NCBI RefSeq assembly: GCF_006345805.1
Contig: NC_043006.1
Coordinates: forward strand, 3,472,001 to 3,536,000
Direction: 5' to 3'
From: Octopus sinensis
Lineage: Eukaryota
Length of the DNA: 64,000 nucleotides
The notes beneath the pieces are model-generated. The model did no database searches, was not told the origin of the DNA, and saw only the letters and a list, made by a program, of their open reading frames with translations. Made by a program: the position numbers and the translations under genes. Of this stretch, positions 13,229 to 25,911 are shown piece by piece (position 1 is the stretch's first letter; every line of letters begins with the position of its first letter).

Positions 13229-13486
13229 CGGGGTCTGATCAATATGTATCCGAACTGATGTCATAGTAAAGAGGCTAAAACACGCAGAATGAAGCGCTGT
13301 TTGGCAAAGATTGACCATCAACTCTGCAGTGCATGCGCACTAAGTTTTGACGTTCTAGCTAGCTTCCGCTGTTTACAGCAGTGCTTGAAAGGAGAGTTGA
13401 AAGACAACTTGTGCCCAGCGTCTTACTCTGCGTGCTTTAGTTTCGTTACTGTGGCAAAAGTTCGGATACTTACTGAGCAGACCACG
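13229..13486. mobile_element. 258-bp MITE derived from the mariner family at 331-1549
   Basis: Same TIR (cg.ggtctgatcaata.gtatccg), with TA at the right end. Both arms match the 5' end of the mariner (1380-1549). Confidence 0.85.
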
Positions 13487-13933
13487 TATATATATATTAT
13501 ACAAAATGGGACAAGAACGCAAAACATCCGGACAACTAGGTGATGCAATAAGGGACAACAAAACATCCTGATAGACGATACAAAAAACAAGGACGGGTCA
13601 TTCGAAGCTTCCTATCCTCAGTCAAGAACCGGATCATCCTCGCAATTTCGGCTAATTAATCTTGAGATTGCTCTAATCTGGCCAGCCCCGAGGAAAAAAG
13701 AATCGAATGTATACGAAAACAAGGACGGAAAAACAGACGATGTTACATGAATATAAATACAAAAATACAATAAAAAAAATAATAATAACAGGACATAACA
13801 ACAGGTGTCTTTCGACTGGGGCCGAATTGAATTCTGCTGGCGTGTATGGAAATGAAGCCTTACGGCAGAGAAAGTTCTTGGTACAGTATTATATATTTGA
13901 AAATTGAGTACAGATGGCTTTTGGGAGGAATAA

Positions 13934-14009
13934 TTTTTATTTTAATAATAATGTTTACAGTGAGTGACTCTAGAGTCATTCACTGTAAACATTATTATTA
14001 AAATAAAAA
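13934..14009. repeat. 76-bp loop-less palindrome, one mismatch
   Basis: Centred on gactc|ta|gagtc, with 38-bp arms. Confidence 0.95.
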
Positions 14010-14234
14010 GGCGGCGAGCCAAAGAAGAACTCAGTGGATCGTAATATCCTGATACGCGTCTGGGAGGAACTCTCTCATCTTATTGATGTTGTCCATTCTG
14101 CAAGTGGTGGCCACAAGTTGATTGTGAGTAAATACTTGTGATTGAGCTGGAGTTTTGTAACGCTTTTCCTTATTAAAATAGTGCGTAATGAAATCGGTTC
14201 ATTCTTTTTGAATAACCCTGTATACATATATATA

Positions 14235-14470
14235 TAAATTAGAAAAAAACACCTTTTATCAATTCAAAATGAGCGATAAAATTACACCATCTAGAAAATT
14301 ACATATAATAGAAATATTACATACGTTTTTATTATTACTTTGCAATTTACTTAATCATCGGTATATTATTGTTATTATATTTTTAATATTTCTATTATAT
14401 GTAATTTTCTAGATGGTATAATTTTATTGTTCATTTTGAATTGATAAAAGGTGTTTTTTCCTAATTTTTA
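14235..14470. repeat. Fold-back element with about 85-bp arms and 65-bp spacer, in TA tract
   Basis: aaattagaaaaaaacaccttttatcaattc... is mirrored by ...gaattgataaaaggtgttttttcctaattt. Confidence 0.88.
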
Positions 14471-14555
14471 TATGTATATTATATTTTGCGAAATTTGATT
14501 TAGTATTTCTAAATTGAATTTTTCCCTGTAAGTTAGGAATAATATTCCCTCAAAT

Positions 14556-14587
<32 letters not shown>

Positions 14588-14589
14588 AT

Positions 14590-15295
14590 ATATATTTAAT
14601 GTAGGATAAAATCTCTAAAAAATTCCATTATTACCATATCGGACCGATTTCAGGGTTAGTTCGTAAGAACCCTCCCTTTTTAGAGATTTTTAAGAGATTT
14701 CTTTCGGCTTTTTTTCGAGTAGCGTGCATATTGTGAAAAATTATATGGTAATGGACGATATGTTCAATTTTTCGGCATATTTAGCATTAGAAATTTTTTC
14801 TTTCGCCCTTATTTATAAGTTGTTTATAATTTTAATCTTTAAAGATATTTTTTAATATGCTGGCCATTGATAAAATTTTTTTCGAAAACGTTTTATCCTA
14901 CATTAAATATAAATTTGTGTTCACTTCCGGACTCTCTCATTCTATGAGAGCCTCAGTTCAAATCGCACGTGTCTTGAATGGGCTGGAGTATTTCTATTTT
15001 GGATGTATTTGGGGTACTTAGTTGTGCTCATGACTTAGTGTTTTGCTTCTTCCATGGGTATGAGTAAGTATCTCATTTATTTCTTTGCCACATGTACCAC
15101 TGACGAAGGGAGGGTTCTTACGAACTAACCCTGAAATCGGTTCGATATGGTAATAATGGAATTTTTTAGAGATTTCTGTCGGCTTTTTTTCGAGTAGCGT
15201 GCGTACTGAAAAAAATTATATGGTAAATGGACAATATGTCCAAGTTTTCGGCATATTTGGCATTAGAAATTTTTTCGTGGGCCCTTATTTATAAG

Positions 15296-15297
<2 letters not shown>
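14590..15297 (+). mobile_element. Non-coding Penelope-like/retrozyme-like element with direct repeats and an inverted 5' segment
   Basis: Direct repeats at about 14694-14821 and 15169-15297. 14609-14678 is the reverse complement of 15106-15176. A 21-bp inverted repeat lies at 14590-14610 and 14891-14911. (TA)n on both sides; contains a hammerhead. Confidence 0.72.
15095..15152 (+). ncRNA. Type I hammerhead ribozyme, canonical core
   Basis: Stem I tacca/tggta; CUGACGA; stem II aggg/ccct plus gttc/gaac; GAAA; stem III tcg-gtt-cga; AUA triplet, predicted cut after 15147. Confidence 0.82.
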
Positions 15298-15355
<58 letters not shown>

Positions 15356-15457
15356 CCGGTGTAAGCACATAAATGTGAAGCAAGGTGGAAAAAAGTACTC
15401 AAATACCAGAGGTAGAGTAATATGCTCTATTTAAAAGCACCATAAATTTAACAAAAC

Positions 15458-15493
15458 TGTCCGACAAACGGAAACGTGAAACTCTGAGTAACA
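15458..15493 (+). ncRNA. Degenerate minimal hammerhead-like motif
   Basis: tgt-CCGACAA-acg[gaaa]cgt-GAAA-ctc[t]gag-TA-aca; two core substitutions. Confidence 0.45.
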
Positions 15494-15719
15494 ACTATTG
15501 TTATATTTCTGCTGCTTTTAAATAAATTACATATATATATATATATATGTACTATAATAATACTATTGTGTATTTCTCCGTCACAACATATGACTGAGAG
15601 AGCAAGGGGTGATAGATGAATAAGGAAAGGGTGATGGAAGTTCTATGATGAAAAAAATCAAACAGCATTTCAACTCTGTGTGCATGTGTGTGTGTGTGTT
15701 TGTAACTGATTATTTTGTA

Positions 15720-15780
15720 CCTTATTTATATATAAAATACTACAATTAACCGTCATTTTTCACTGCACGGGACCAGCTAG
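15720..15780 (+). mobile_element. Possible 61-bp minimal Helitron-like element
   Basis: Starts (c)cttatttatatataaaa, has a ccgt..acgg hairpin and ends CTAG|T; compare 46299-46592. Confidence 0.35.
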
Positions 15781-15913
15781 TATATACCCTCCTTCTTCCC
15801 TTCCTTCCCGAACGTCCAATAATACTATATTTGTTCCACGCCCTCGCGTTGTTGTGTTTTCTCTTTGTGTTTTCATGTTTGGATTAACTATAATATAGAC
15901 ATAGACATAGACT

Positions 15914-16335
15914 CAGGAGTGAATGTGTGGTAAGAAGCTTCCTTCCCAACCATATAGTTCCAGGTTCAGTCCCACTACGGGACATCTTGAGCAAGTGTCT
16001 TTTACTGTAGCCTCAGGTCGACCAAAGCCATGTGAGTGGTTTCGGCAGACTGAAACTGAAAGAAGCCCTTCGTATATACATATATGCGTGTGTGCATGTG
16101 TGAGTGAGTGTGTCTGTATGTCTGTCTGTCTGTGGGGCTATATTTGTCCCCACATCAATTCCGCTTGACAACCGATGTTGGCGTGGTTACCGGTTCGGTA
16201 TAAGAGACGAATACAACAGGTTCTAGGCTTAAAAATCGGTCCTGGGGTGGGATTTCGATTTGTTCGACTAAAATCCTTCAAGGTGGTGCTCCAGCACGGC
16301 CGCTGTCAAATGACTGAAACAAATAAAGGAATAGA
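15914..16335 (+). mobile_element. tRNA-derived SINE, full length
   Basis: Head ccaggttcagtcccact, ccttgggcaag-like domain, tail gtgctccagcacggccgctgtcaaatgactgaaac. Confidence 0.88.
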
Positions 16336-16485
16336 AGAATGTGTGTGTATGTGTGTGTTTGTTTGTTTGTGCGTGTGTGTGTGTGTGTGCGTATGTATGT
16401 ATTCATGTATGACTATGTAAACCCTTAAAAAATAATTTTCTGTCTCTTTGCTTCTTTTAATTTTAAACCAGTCTCTTTCATTCTT

Positions 16486-16558
<73 letters not shown>

Positions 16559-17394
16559 TCCTCTTCAACCGACAACTTTTGGTTTCCTTTCCAATCAGAT
16601 TTTACTTCAATAGATGTCTTATTGTTTTGCTGTGTCTATGTGTGCCAGTTATTCTTTTATAATTTAAATTTGTATTTATTTATATTTTTTCCTTTTCAAA
16701 TTCTATTTTATGATAAACAAGCAGAATTATCCCCCTTGCTTTTGACCTAGCCATCACGTTCTCTTCATGCCGCGCAGTCATGACAATCTGTCTGTGAAAT
16801 GTCAGACACCTCACACCTCCATAAACAGACTGTCTCTCCCTCCCTCCCTCCCTCCCTCCCTCCCTCCTTCTCTCGCTTTCTCACTTTCTCTCTCTCTCTC
16901 TCTCCCCCTCTCTTGCGTGCGCGCACACGCAAACACCCACACGTACACACACACAAAACACAAAAACATATACACTCATACCCGTAGTGAAACACATGCA
17001 CACTCACACATCTGTATAAATGTGTGTGTGTGTGTATACAGACAGACAAAGAGATAAACAGAGGGAGGGAGAGAGAGAGAGAAAGAAAGAGTGAGAGACA
17101 GATAACACATACATTCGCTCACGCACACATATACACGCGCATACACATTCACACTCCCAAACCATCACATAAACACAGGCACGTTCTCACGTATATTTGC
17201 TTGTAGATACGTACACATCCACACACAGATGAATAAAAGTATACACACACACACACAGGATTACACACTCACACACACACGCACACAGATCGCATATTTA
17301 TGCACCTACATTTATAGCAACACATCTACATTCGCATTCTCGGTTATTGGTACACACACACCTACATACCCAGACACAGTCACACACAGACATA

Positions 17395-17467
17395 TTGATA
17401 GATAGACAGATAGATAGATAGATAGATAGATAGACAGACAGATAGATAGATAGATAGATATACAGAC

Positions 17468-17532
<65 letters not shown>

Positions 17533-17533
17533 T

Positions 17534-17570
<37 letters not shown>

Positions 17571-17681
17571 GATAGATAGATAGATAGACAGATAAATAGA
17601 TAAATAGATAGATAGATAGATAGATAGATAAATAGATAAATAGATAGATAGATAGATAGGTAGATAGATAGACAGACAGAC

Positions 17682-17712
<31 letters not shown>

Positions 17713-17737
17713 TAGATAGATAGATAGATAGACAGAC

Positions 17738-17811
<74 letters not shown>

Positions 17812-17812
17812 G

Positions 17813-17850
<38 letters not shown>

Positions 17851-17895
17851 TAGACAGACAGACAGAGAGATAGATAGATAGATGGACAGACAGAC

Positions 17896-17942
<47 letters not shown>

Positions 17943-17945
17943 TAT

Positions 17946-17978
<33 letters not shown>

Positions 17979-18001
17979 TAGATAGATAGATAGAAGATAG
18001 A

Positions 18002-18037
<36 letters not shown>

Positions 18038-18057
18038 TAGATGGATGGATAGATGGA

Positions 18058-18117
<60 letters not shown>

Positions 18118-18127
18118 TAGAAAGATG

Positions 18128-18179
<52 letters not shown>

Positions 18180-18197
18180 CATACATACATACATACA

Positions 18198-18229
<32 letters not shown>

Positions 18230-18230
18230 C
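17395..18230. repeat. (GATA)n/(GACA)n/(CATA)n tetranucleotide array
   Basis: Direct inspection. Confidence 0.97.
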
Positions 18231-18359
18231 TTAAGCACACCGCCCTCTTCGCCACTACACCACTCTACGTAGCTCGCCAGGGATGTCTGTACACATGGTC
18301 TAAGTAGTCTTAGTTGAAGAAATGGATTGACTGCTCTACAGTCTGCCAGGGTAGGAAGG

Positions 18360-19600
18360 ATAGGGTAAGGGTTGAAGGAGAGTGTGAGTGAGAGGTGATA
18401 TGAGTGTGGATTAGGAGGTGAGTGAGAGATAAGTAAAAGGTGAATAAGAGTGTGAATTTGAGAGGAGTCGTGTAACATTTAGAGATGTGTGAGAAATGAG
18501 TAAAAAGTGAAAGAGTGTGAGTGTGAGAGGAGTTGAGTAGAGATTTAGAAATGGATAGAGATTTAGAAATGAGTCAGAGATGAGTCAAAGGCGAATGGGA
18601 GCGTGAGTGTGAGAAGAGTTGAGAAGTTTAGAAATGAGTGAGATATGAGTAAACAGTGAATGAGAGTGTGAGTGTGAGAGGAGTGAAGTAGGGATTTAAA
18701 GATGAGTGAGAGATGAGTAAAATGTGAATGAGAGTGTGAATGTGAGTATGAGAGGAGTTGAGTAGAGATTTAGAGATGAGTGAGAAAATAAGTAAAAAGT
18801 GAATGAGAGTGAGAGTGTGAGAGGAGCGGAGTAGGGATTTACAAATCAGTGATAGACGAGTAAAAGATGAATGAGAGTGTGAGTGACAGAGGGTTGAGCA
18901 GGGGTTAGAGATGAGTGAGAGGTAAATAAGAGGGTGAGTGAGGGGGGAGTCGAGGGGAGATTTGGATTAAGCTAAGTAGGATTGAAAGGTGAGTGAGAGG
19001 TGAGTCGGATAAACACTGAAATGTGATTGAAAAATGAGTCGAGTGGGATTCAAACGTGAGTGACAGAGGAAATCGGATAGGAATGCAGGTGAGTGAGAGA
19101 TGAATTGAAAAATATGTTTTTGAGTCAGATTTGAGTGATAGTGTAAAGCAGAAAAGTGAGGGAAAAGTGGGAATTACAAAGTGAGAAGTGAATCTCTTAG
19201 GACTGAGGGGTGAGTGAAAGATAACTGCGACTGTGAGAGGAGAGTTAAGGAGGGGTTTAGAAGTGAGTTGGGTAAGACTGAAAGGTGAGTTAAAGGAAGG
19301 TTGGGTGGGATTGACATCTCTAAATCCCGACACATTCACATTCAGCTTTTACTCATCACTCACTCACTTCTAAATCCCTACTCAGTTCTCCCCTTACTTA
19401 CCTTGTAATCCCCACTCGAGGACTTAGACGATCGTAGACTAGGATAACTGGTGAGTGAGAAGAGAGCTGGATAGTATTATGATATAACTGGAAGGCTGAG
19501 TGAGACTGGAAAGTGATAAGAGAATCGAGTAAGGATTGAGAGGAGAGTGAGAGGCAAGTTAAAAGAAAGTAGAGTCAGCCTGAAATTTGAATAAGAGAAT
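18360..19600. repeat. Purine-rich minisatellite (unit about 66-74 bp) decaying rightwards, with one inverted unit at about 19316-19420
   Basis: Recurring gagtgtgagaggagttgagtag(g/a)gatttagagatgagtgaga..gagtaaaaagtgaat. Confidence 0.8.
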
Positions 19601-19623
19601 TTATGTGGGTATTTGTGTATATA

Positions 19624-19954
19624 TAGATCCCCTTCGGTGACGAATGGTCATGGTATTGCGCTCAGAAAGTACCCATCCGAGGCACAAATCCGGGCAAGGT
19701 TGTTTGTGGAATTCCAGGAGTCGCCCATGCATACCAGTTTTCCTTCTCGACCCTACCGATGTTCTCCAAAGGAAAGGCAAAGGCCGATTGAGCTTGGTAC
19801 CAGAGACGATGCATTTCATTTCTACAGCTGAGTGAACTGGAGCAACGTGAAATAAAGTGTCTTGCTCAAGAACACAGTGCACAGCCCTGTTCAGGAATCG
19901 ATCTCACAATCACACAGTTGTAAGCCCGATGATTTAACCACTGAACCATGCGCC
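19624..19954 (-). mobile_element. tRNA-derived SINE (same family as 45859-46172)
   Basis: Reverse complement has head ggcgcatggttcagtggttaaa, then cttgagcaagacactttatttcacgttgctccagttcactcagctg. Confidence 0.88.
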
Positions 19955-19956
19955 TT

Positions 19957-19990
<34 letters not shown>

Positions 19991-20109
19991 ATTGAGATGT
20001 AGGTGAAAGGTATGTAAAAGAGAAGCCGGCATACATGAAACTTGAATAAAAGGATATGTGTGCGTATACGTGAATATATATATATATATATATAAACACT
20101 GAGATTTAT

Positions 20110-20173
<64 letters not shown>

Positions 20174-21139
20174 TATAGCGTGCTTATAAAGACCTATTGC
20201 AACCTAAATCTTTAAGCATTTTTATATGTACACATAATAGAAGTACGTTGCTGCAATTTGCTTAAAAATCTTTTTATTTACACACTTTTTATGCAATGCT
20301 TGTCATATTTCTAATGCCCACTTCTAATTTTCGTGACAAATCGGCTGAACCGGTTTTCCTACTATTTGGGAACATTCTTTAGTTGTTGCCCAGTGCTTTC
20401 TTGGAATGTTTCTGTGATTTTGCACCAATGATGACATAAGGGATGTGCCTTTGATGTGTATGTAACTGTTTCATCATGTACCAATACGAAAAATAGTCCA
20501 CCGTGATCAGAACATGTAAATAGAGTGATCAGCAATTGGCGTGTCTTCAACAATTCACTTGTCATGAGAGAAGTCATTATCTGAAACATAAGTGACTAAG
20601 TGCGGCACTTTGCTGAAAGAAAAGTGCTGCCGTCAGGATTACAACTTTCTGTATTCACGAGGCATTAAATACTACTCGTCTGAAAAATTTTTTTAATTTA
20701 TTCAAATTTAAAGAGCCATAGATAAAAGTTGTAAAGGAAGAATAGAGCTACAATGGACTAAACAGAACAGAAGGAGACACGTGGGTTGGCGAATCACTGA
20801 AGAGGTCACAGGACGTGTGACAAAAATTTCCAGTCAAAGCACACAAAATAAGAACAATAATAAATCTGAAGTGGAAAACGAATATAAAACGAATATAAAG
20901 TTCCTGTGTTTATTTGGAAAACAAAGCAAAAATATCCATCTCGAAATATAACAATATGTGTTTCAAAAGGGTTTCACATCAGGGATAATACAAAACAAAT
21001 AAATAAACATAAGAGCTACAAAAATAAAACCCCACAATAAAACTATTTTTCCTGTTAATTTAGTTAACATTGGAAAGGATTAAAATAAATGGGAAAACGA
21101 ACGAGTTTATGACAACCCAGTATTGTTATTTTTATATAA

Positions 21140-21420
21140 TTCAGTTTTGAATGGCAGTTTTCTTTCAGTAGCATTTGAACTCCCTGATTTTTCTATGCGA
21201 TTTTAAATCCATTTTCAGAATATTGCACAATGTGTTTAGTCCAGCTGATGGTCATCGCAGCTATTTTCTTGAACTCCTGTTCCATGCTCCTAGGACAAAT
21301 TTGACAGACACCACGTTGATCAATGGCCTCCCAGATCATGAATGGCTTTCGCCGATCCAGTTTCTCTATGCTGTTCTTTTTATCTAGTTCACTACCACCC
21401 CTGCACCCCGCCCCCAAGAT
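21140..21420 (-). pseudogene. Tc1-like transposase remnant
   Basis: KPFMIWEAIDQRG resembles the Tc1 VMVWGAI..G motif. Confidence 0.4.
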
Positions 21421-21467
21421 CTATGTGGCGCATTTTCCCTACAAAATAAACTGAATTAGTAAAAAAA

Positions 21468-21935
21468 CCACATGGTTCCGGGCGCAGTTTCACTGTGTGG
21501 CACCTTGGGTAAGTCCCTTCTACTATAGCCTCGTGCCGACCAAAGCCTTGTCAGTGGATTTGGTTAACGGAAATGGAAAGAAGCCCGTCGTATATATATA
21601 TATATATAATATATATACACATGCACATACACACACTCACATACATATATATATAAACACATACATATGTATATGTTTGTCAGTGTGTGTGCGTATGTAT
21701 GCGTGTGTGTGTATGTATGTATGTGTGCGTGTTTTTGCATCTGTGTTTGTCCCCGCCAACACCACTTGACAACCGGTTTTGATGAGTTTACGATCCCATA
21801 ACTTAGCCGTTCGGCAAATGACACCGATAGATTAAATACTAGACTTTAAAAATAAGTCCTAGGGTCGATTTGTTCGACTAAAATCCTTCAAGGCAGTGCT
21901 CCAGCATGGCCGTAATCAAATGACTAAAATAACAA
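21468..21935 (+). mobile_element. tRNA-derived SINE
   Basis: ccacatggttccggg..caccttggg..; tail gtgctccagcatggcc. Confidence 0.85.
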
Positions 21936-22502
21936 AATGCGAGAATAATAAAATCATACTGCTTATATAGACTTTAATTCTATGAGCAATAGCACGGTTT
22001 AATCTTCTCTTCCACTGTCGCCGTTGGCAACTAATAAAAGTATATGAAATTTAACTGTGATTAATTAGAAAAAATTCAAGGACACTGATGCATAAGACCT
22101 GCGAAGCAAAGCTTTTGTGATTATTTCACACAATTTTTTTATTATGTGTAGATTCAAAGTTAATAAAATTTAAAGGTGGTGCGTACGTGTGTGTGTGTGA
22201 AAGAGAAAGAGAGAGTGAGAGAAAAAAACATAAATCATGTATAATGCATGTATGTACGTACCAGTGTGTGTGTGAGAGAGGGGGAAATGAGAAAGACAGA
22301 ATAAAGGAGATTGTCCAGTTATGCATCATGATGTGTTGAGCACTCACTCGAAAACATGAACTCCCTAATTCTCCCGTCCACGAAAAAGAAATCTGAAAAG
22401 TAATCACCGATTAAATCAAAAAGACGTAAATATTCTTTATCATGATTTTCGCAACCAGATGAATAAAATAAATTCTCCAATCATGTTACACTAACTATTG
22501 AC

Positions 22503-22522
22503 CAATAATAATAATAACAATG

Positions 22523-22592
<70 letters not shown>

Positions 22593-22612
22593 TGATAATG
22601 ATAATAATAATG

Positions 22613-22646
<34 letters not shown>

Positions 22647-22650
22647 TAAT
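22503..22650. repeat. (TAA)n array
   Basis: Direct inspection. Confidence 0.97.
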
Positions 22651-25600
22651 AAAACACTGAAACTGTAAAACACGAAGACAAACGCAACATTCCCAACAAA
22701 CACGATGTAAACAACGAAGGGGAGCCTAATGATTATGATAATATAAAAAATAAAATAATCAAAGAACTGAAAACCACACAGCTCAAAATGGACCACCGAC
22801 CATACCTCCCAAGAATAAAAATAAACAAAATAACAACACCTATTATAAACAGCATAAACCTAGCCGTCACTGAACTGATAGCCACTGAATAAAAAAAAAG
22901 TGATATCACTGAGCTAAATAACCTAATATACGCAGCAGCCACTGCAGCCACAAAAGAAGCTGGATACTCACCCAAACCCGCCCAAACAGGAGTACCACCA
23001 CCCAAACAAACCCTGTGGATAAATAACACCCAAAGCAAAATAACAAAAATTAGAAAAGACCTGTCGATTCTTAATGAAATCAGCAAACAATCAACGCTAC
23101 TGAGCAACAAAAAGAGAACAAAAATACTCCGCAAATATAACATCACAGAGAAAGATTTGCCTGGGATAAAAGAAAAGCTGAAGCAAGATATCCTTGCCAA
23201 AGCTCAAAGGATCCGCCGGTACGAGAAACGCCAACGCTTCTTTGAAGAAAACAAAAAGTTCTACCAAGAACTGGGCAAAAATAAAATAGAAGTCACTGCA
23301 GCAACAACGGCAGAAGAATTGGAAGAATTCTGGAGAGAAATATGGTCGGCGAACGAACCACCCAAAAAAAGGAGTATCAAAATAACAAACTCGGCATCTG
23401 AACAACTTTGGACCCCCATAACAACTGAAGAGGTCACCCAGGCACTGCAAAGACTAAGCAACTGGAAGGCACCTGGGCATGACAAGATCCCCAACTTCTG
23501 GTTGAAATATCTAACAGGAATGCACAAAAAGCTGGCTGAAAACTTTAACAACGTACTAGCAGAGCCAGAGACAATGCCTGAATGGCTCACGAAGGGGAAA
23601 ACCATCTTAATTCCCAAATCAAATGGAACAGAAAAACCAGAAAACTACAGACCAATAACCTGCCTCCCTACTATGTTCAAGGCATTTACTGCAGTGATAT
23701 CACAAAGGCTGAACAAGCACCTGGACGAAAACAAACTGTTCCCAGAAGAGCAGAAAGGGTGCCGCAAGGGCTCATATGGCTGTAAAGATCAACTAATGAT
23801 TAATAAAGCCATAACTGAAGACACCCACTGAAAGAAGAAAGGCCTCAGAATGGTCTGGATTGACTACAAAAAGGCGTTTGATAGCATCCCCCACACATGG
23901 ATCCTCGAAACACTGGCCATTAACAAAGTAGCACCAACAATCATCAAATTCATAGAGCACTCTATGAATAAATGGCAAACAGTCCTACACCTCCAAACAA
24001 AAGAGGGACTCATGAAAACCAAAGACATCCCCATTAGAAGAGGAATATTCCAGGGAGACACGCTCTCTCCACTCCTTTTCTGCTTGGCACTGTCACCTCT
24101 ATCTCATATGCTAAATAGAACTGGATGCGGATATAAATGTTACGGCAAAACGATCAGCCACCTTTTATATATGGATGACCTAAAACTATACGCTGCAAAT
24201 GACAAACAGCTGGAAACACTATTAAAGACAGTTCATGGATTTACCAAAGAAATAGATATGAAATTTGGATTAGAAAAATGCGCCAAAGTAACCATGAAAA
24301 GAGGAAAACTAGTTAAGAGTAACAACATCACACTAGATAAAACCAATGAAATAAAAGAATTAGACCAAAGCCAAACTTACAAATACTTAGGAATCCATGA
24401 ACTAGATAAGACACAACACACACAAATGAAAGAGAAAATAAAAAAGAATATTATAGACGAGTTAGATCAATACTAAAAACAGAGCTCAATGCTAAAAACA
24501 AGATAATAGGTATCAACACTTTAGCTGTCCCAGTTATAAGTTACAGCTACAATATCCTTAACTGGACACGAAATGAACTGTCCAAAATAGATAGGAAAAC
24601 AAGAAAAATACTGACAGGATCTAGGATGCATCACCCAAAATCTGACATAGAAAGACTATATATACAACGTATAGATGGTGGTAGAGGCCTTATACAGCTG
24701 GAAAACTACTATAAAATTACCACCATAGGACTGCAAAAATATCTACTTCAGAAGGAAGTAAAACTGATCCAGATAGCAGCAAAACACGAGCAAAACAAAA
24801 AACTGTTCTAAGTATTTAAGGAAGCTGACAAATACAAACAAGAAATCATACCACCTAATAAACACAAAGAAGAAGAAGAAGATGATGAAGAAACAACAAA
24901 AGCTATAAAACAAATGAAATCCAAACTAAAAATAGAACAGCAACGAAGCATGATAAAACGATGGCAAGAAAAGCCCCTTCATGGTAAATACAGGACTAAA
25001 CTAAACGCAAAAGAAATAGACAAAGAAAAATCCCAGCAATGGTTGAGAAGCTCAGGACTCAAAGCAGAGACAGAGGGATTTTTAATTGCAGCACAAGACC
25101 AAAGCCTCCCCACCAGAAATTACCAAAAACATGTAATGAAAAGAAATATTACAAGTAACTGCAGAATATGTGGAGATGGACAAGAAACAATAAATCATAT
25201 TATCTCTAGCTGCCCAGTCCTGGCTAAGAAGGAATATATTCACAGACATGACAGAGTTGGAACCTACATACATTGGAAGCTATGCCAACATTATGGAATA
25301 ACAACAGAAAAAAGATGGTATAGGCACACACCAGAAAAGGTCACAGAAAACGAGAAAGCAACCATACTCTGGGATATGCCGATACACACAGATAGAGAAA
25401 TAAAGGCCAACAGACCAGATATAGTTGTCAGAGACCATGAAGAAAAAAAATGCTTTCTAATTGATGTATGAATACCGGCTGATGACAACGTGTCTCTAAA
25501 AGAAATGGAGAAACTCTCAAAATACAAAGACCTGGAAATAGAGGTAACTAGAATGTGGAATCTGAAAACAGAAACAATTCCTATAATAGTAGGTGCATTA

Positions 25601-25825
25601 GGCATGATAAAAAAATATTCAGACAAATACATAACAAAAACACCAGGACTTACAAACACATATAACATACAGAAAATTGCACTACTAGGCACTGCACACA
25701 TCGTACGCAGAACACTTTCCATACAGTAACCATCAGAGCATCACAACAAATCACAGCACATACCCAAGGCACACAGAGCTGCGCTCGGTAGTGAAGTGAA
25801 AGACGCTATAAAAATAAAACTACTG
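22651..25825 (+). mobile_element. Dong/R4-clade RLE non-LTR retrotransposon, 5'-truncated, inactivated
   Basis: RT motifs NWKAPGHD, YRPITCL, EQKGC, DYKKAFD, GIFQGD and YMDDLKLY; zinc knuckle CRICGDGQETINHIISSC; RLE motifs RHD..PDIVV..LIDV..K..KY. Several stops/frameshifts; (TAA)n on both sides. Confidence 0.93.
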
Positions 25826-25911
25826 AATAATAATAATATAATGATAATATAATAATAAAAATAATAATAATAATAATATAATAATAATAATAATAATAAT
25901 AATATAATAAT

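Noticed and set aside
13560-13700. CTGAGGA..CGAA on the minus strand and TCCTCGC on the plus strand as hammerhead or HDV-like ribozyme
   Set aside because: I could not build stem II/III with GAAA-UH, nor a nested double pseudoknot; left unassigned.
20362-20589. 75-aa ORF as a host exon
   Set aside because: No recognisable domain, no supporting neighbouring exons, and splice signals are not compelling.
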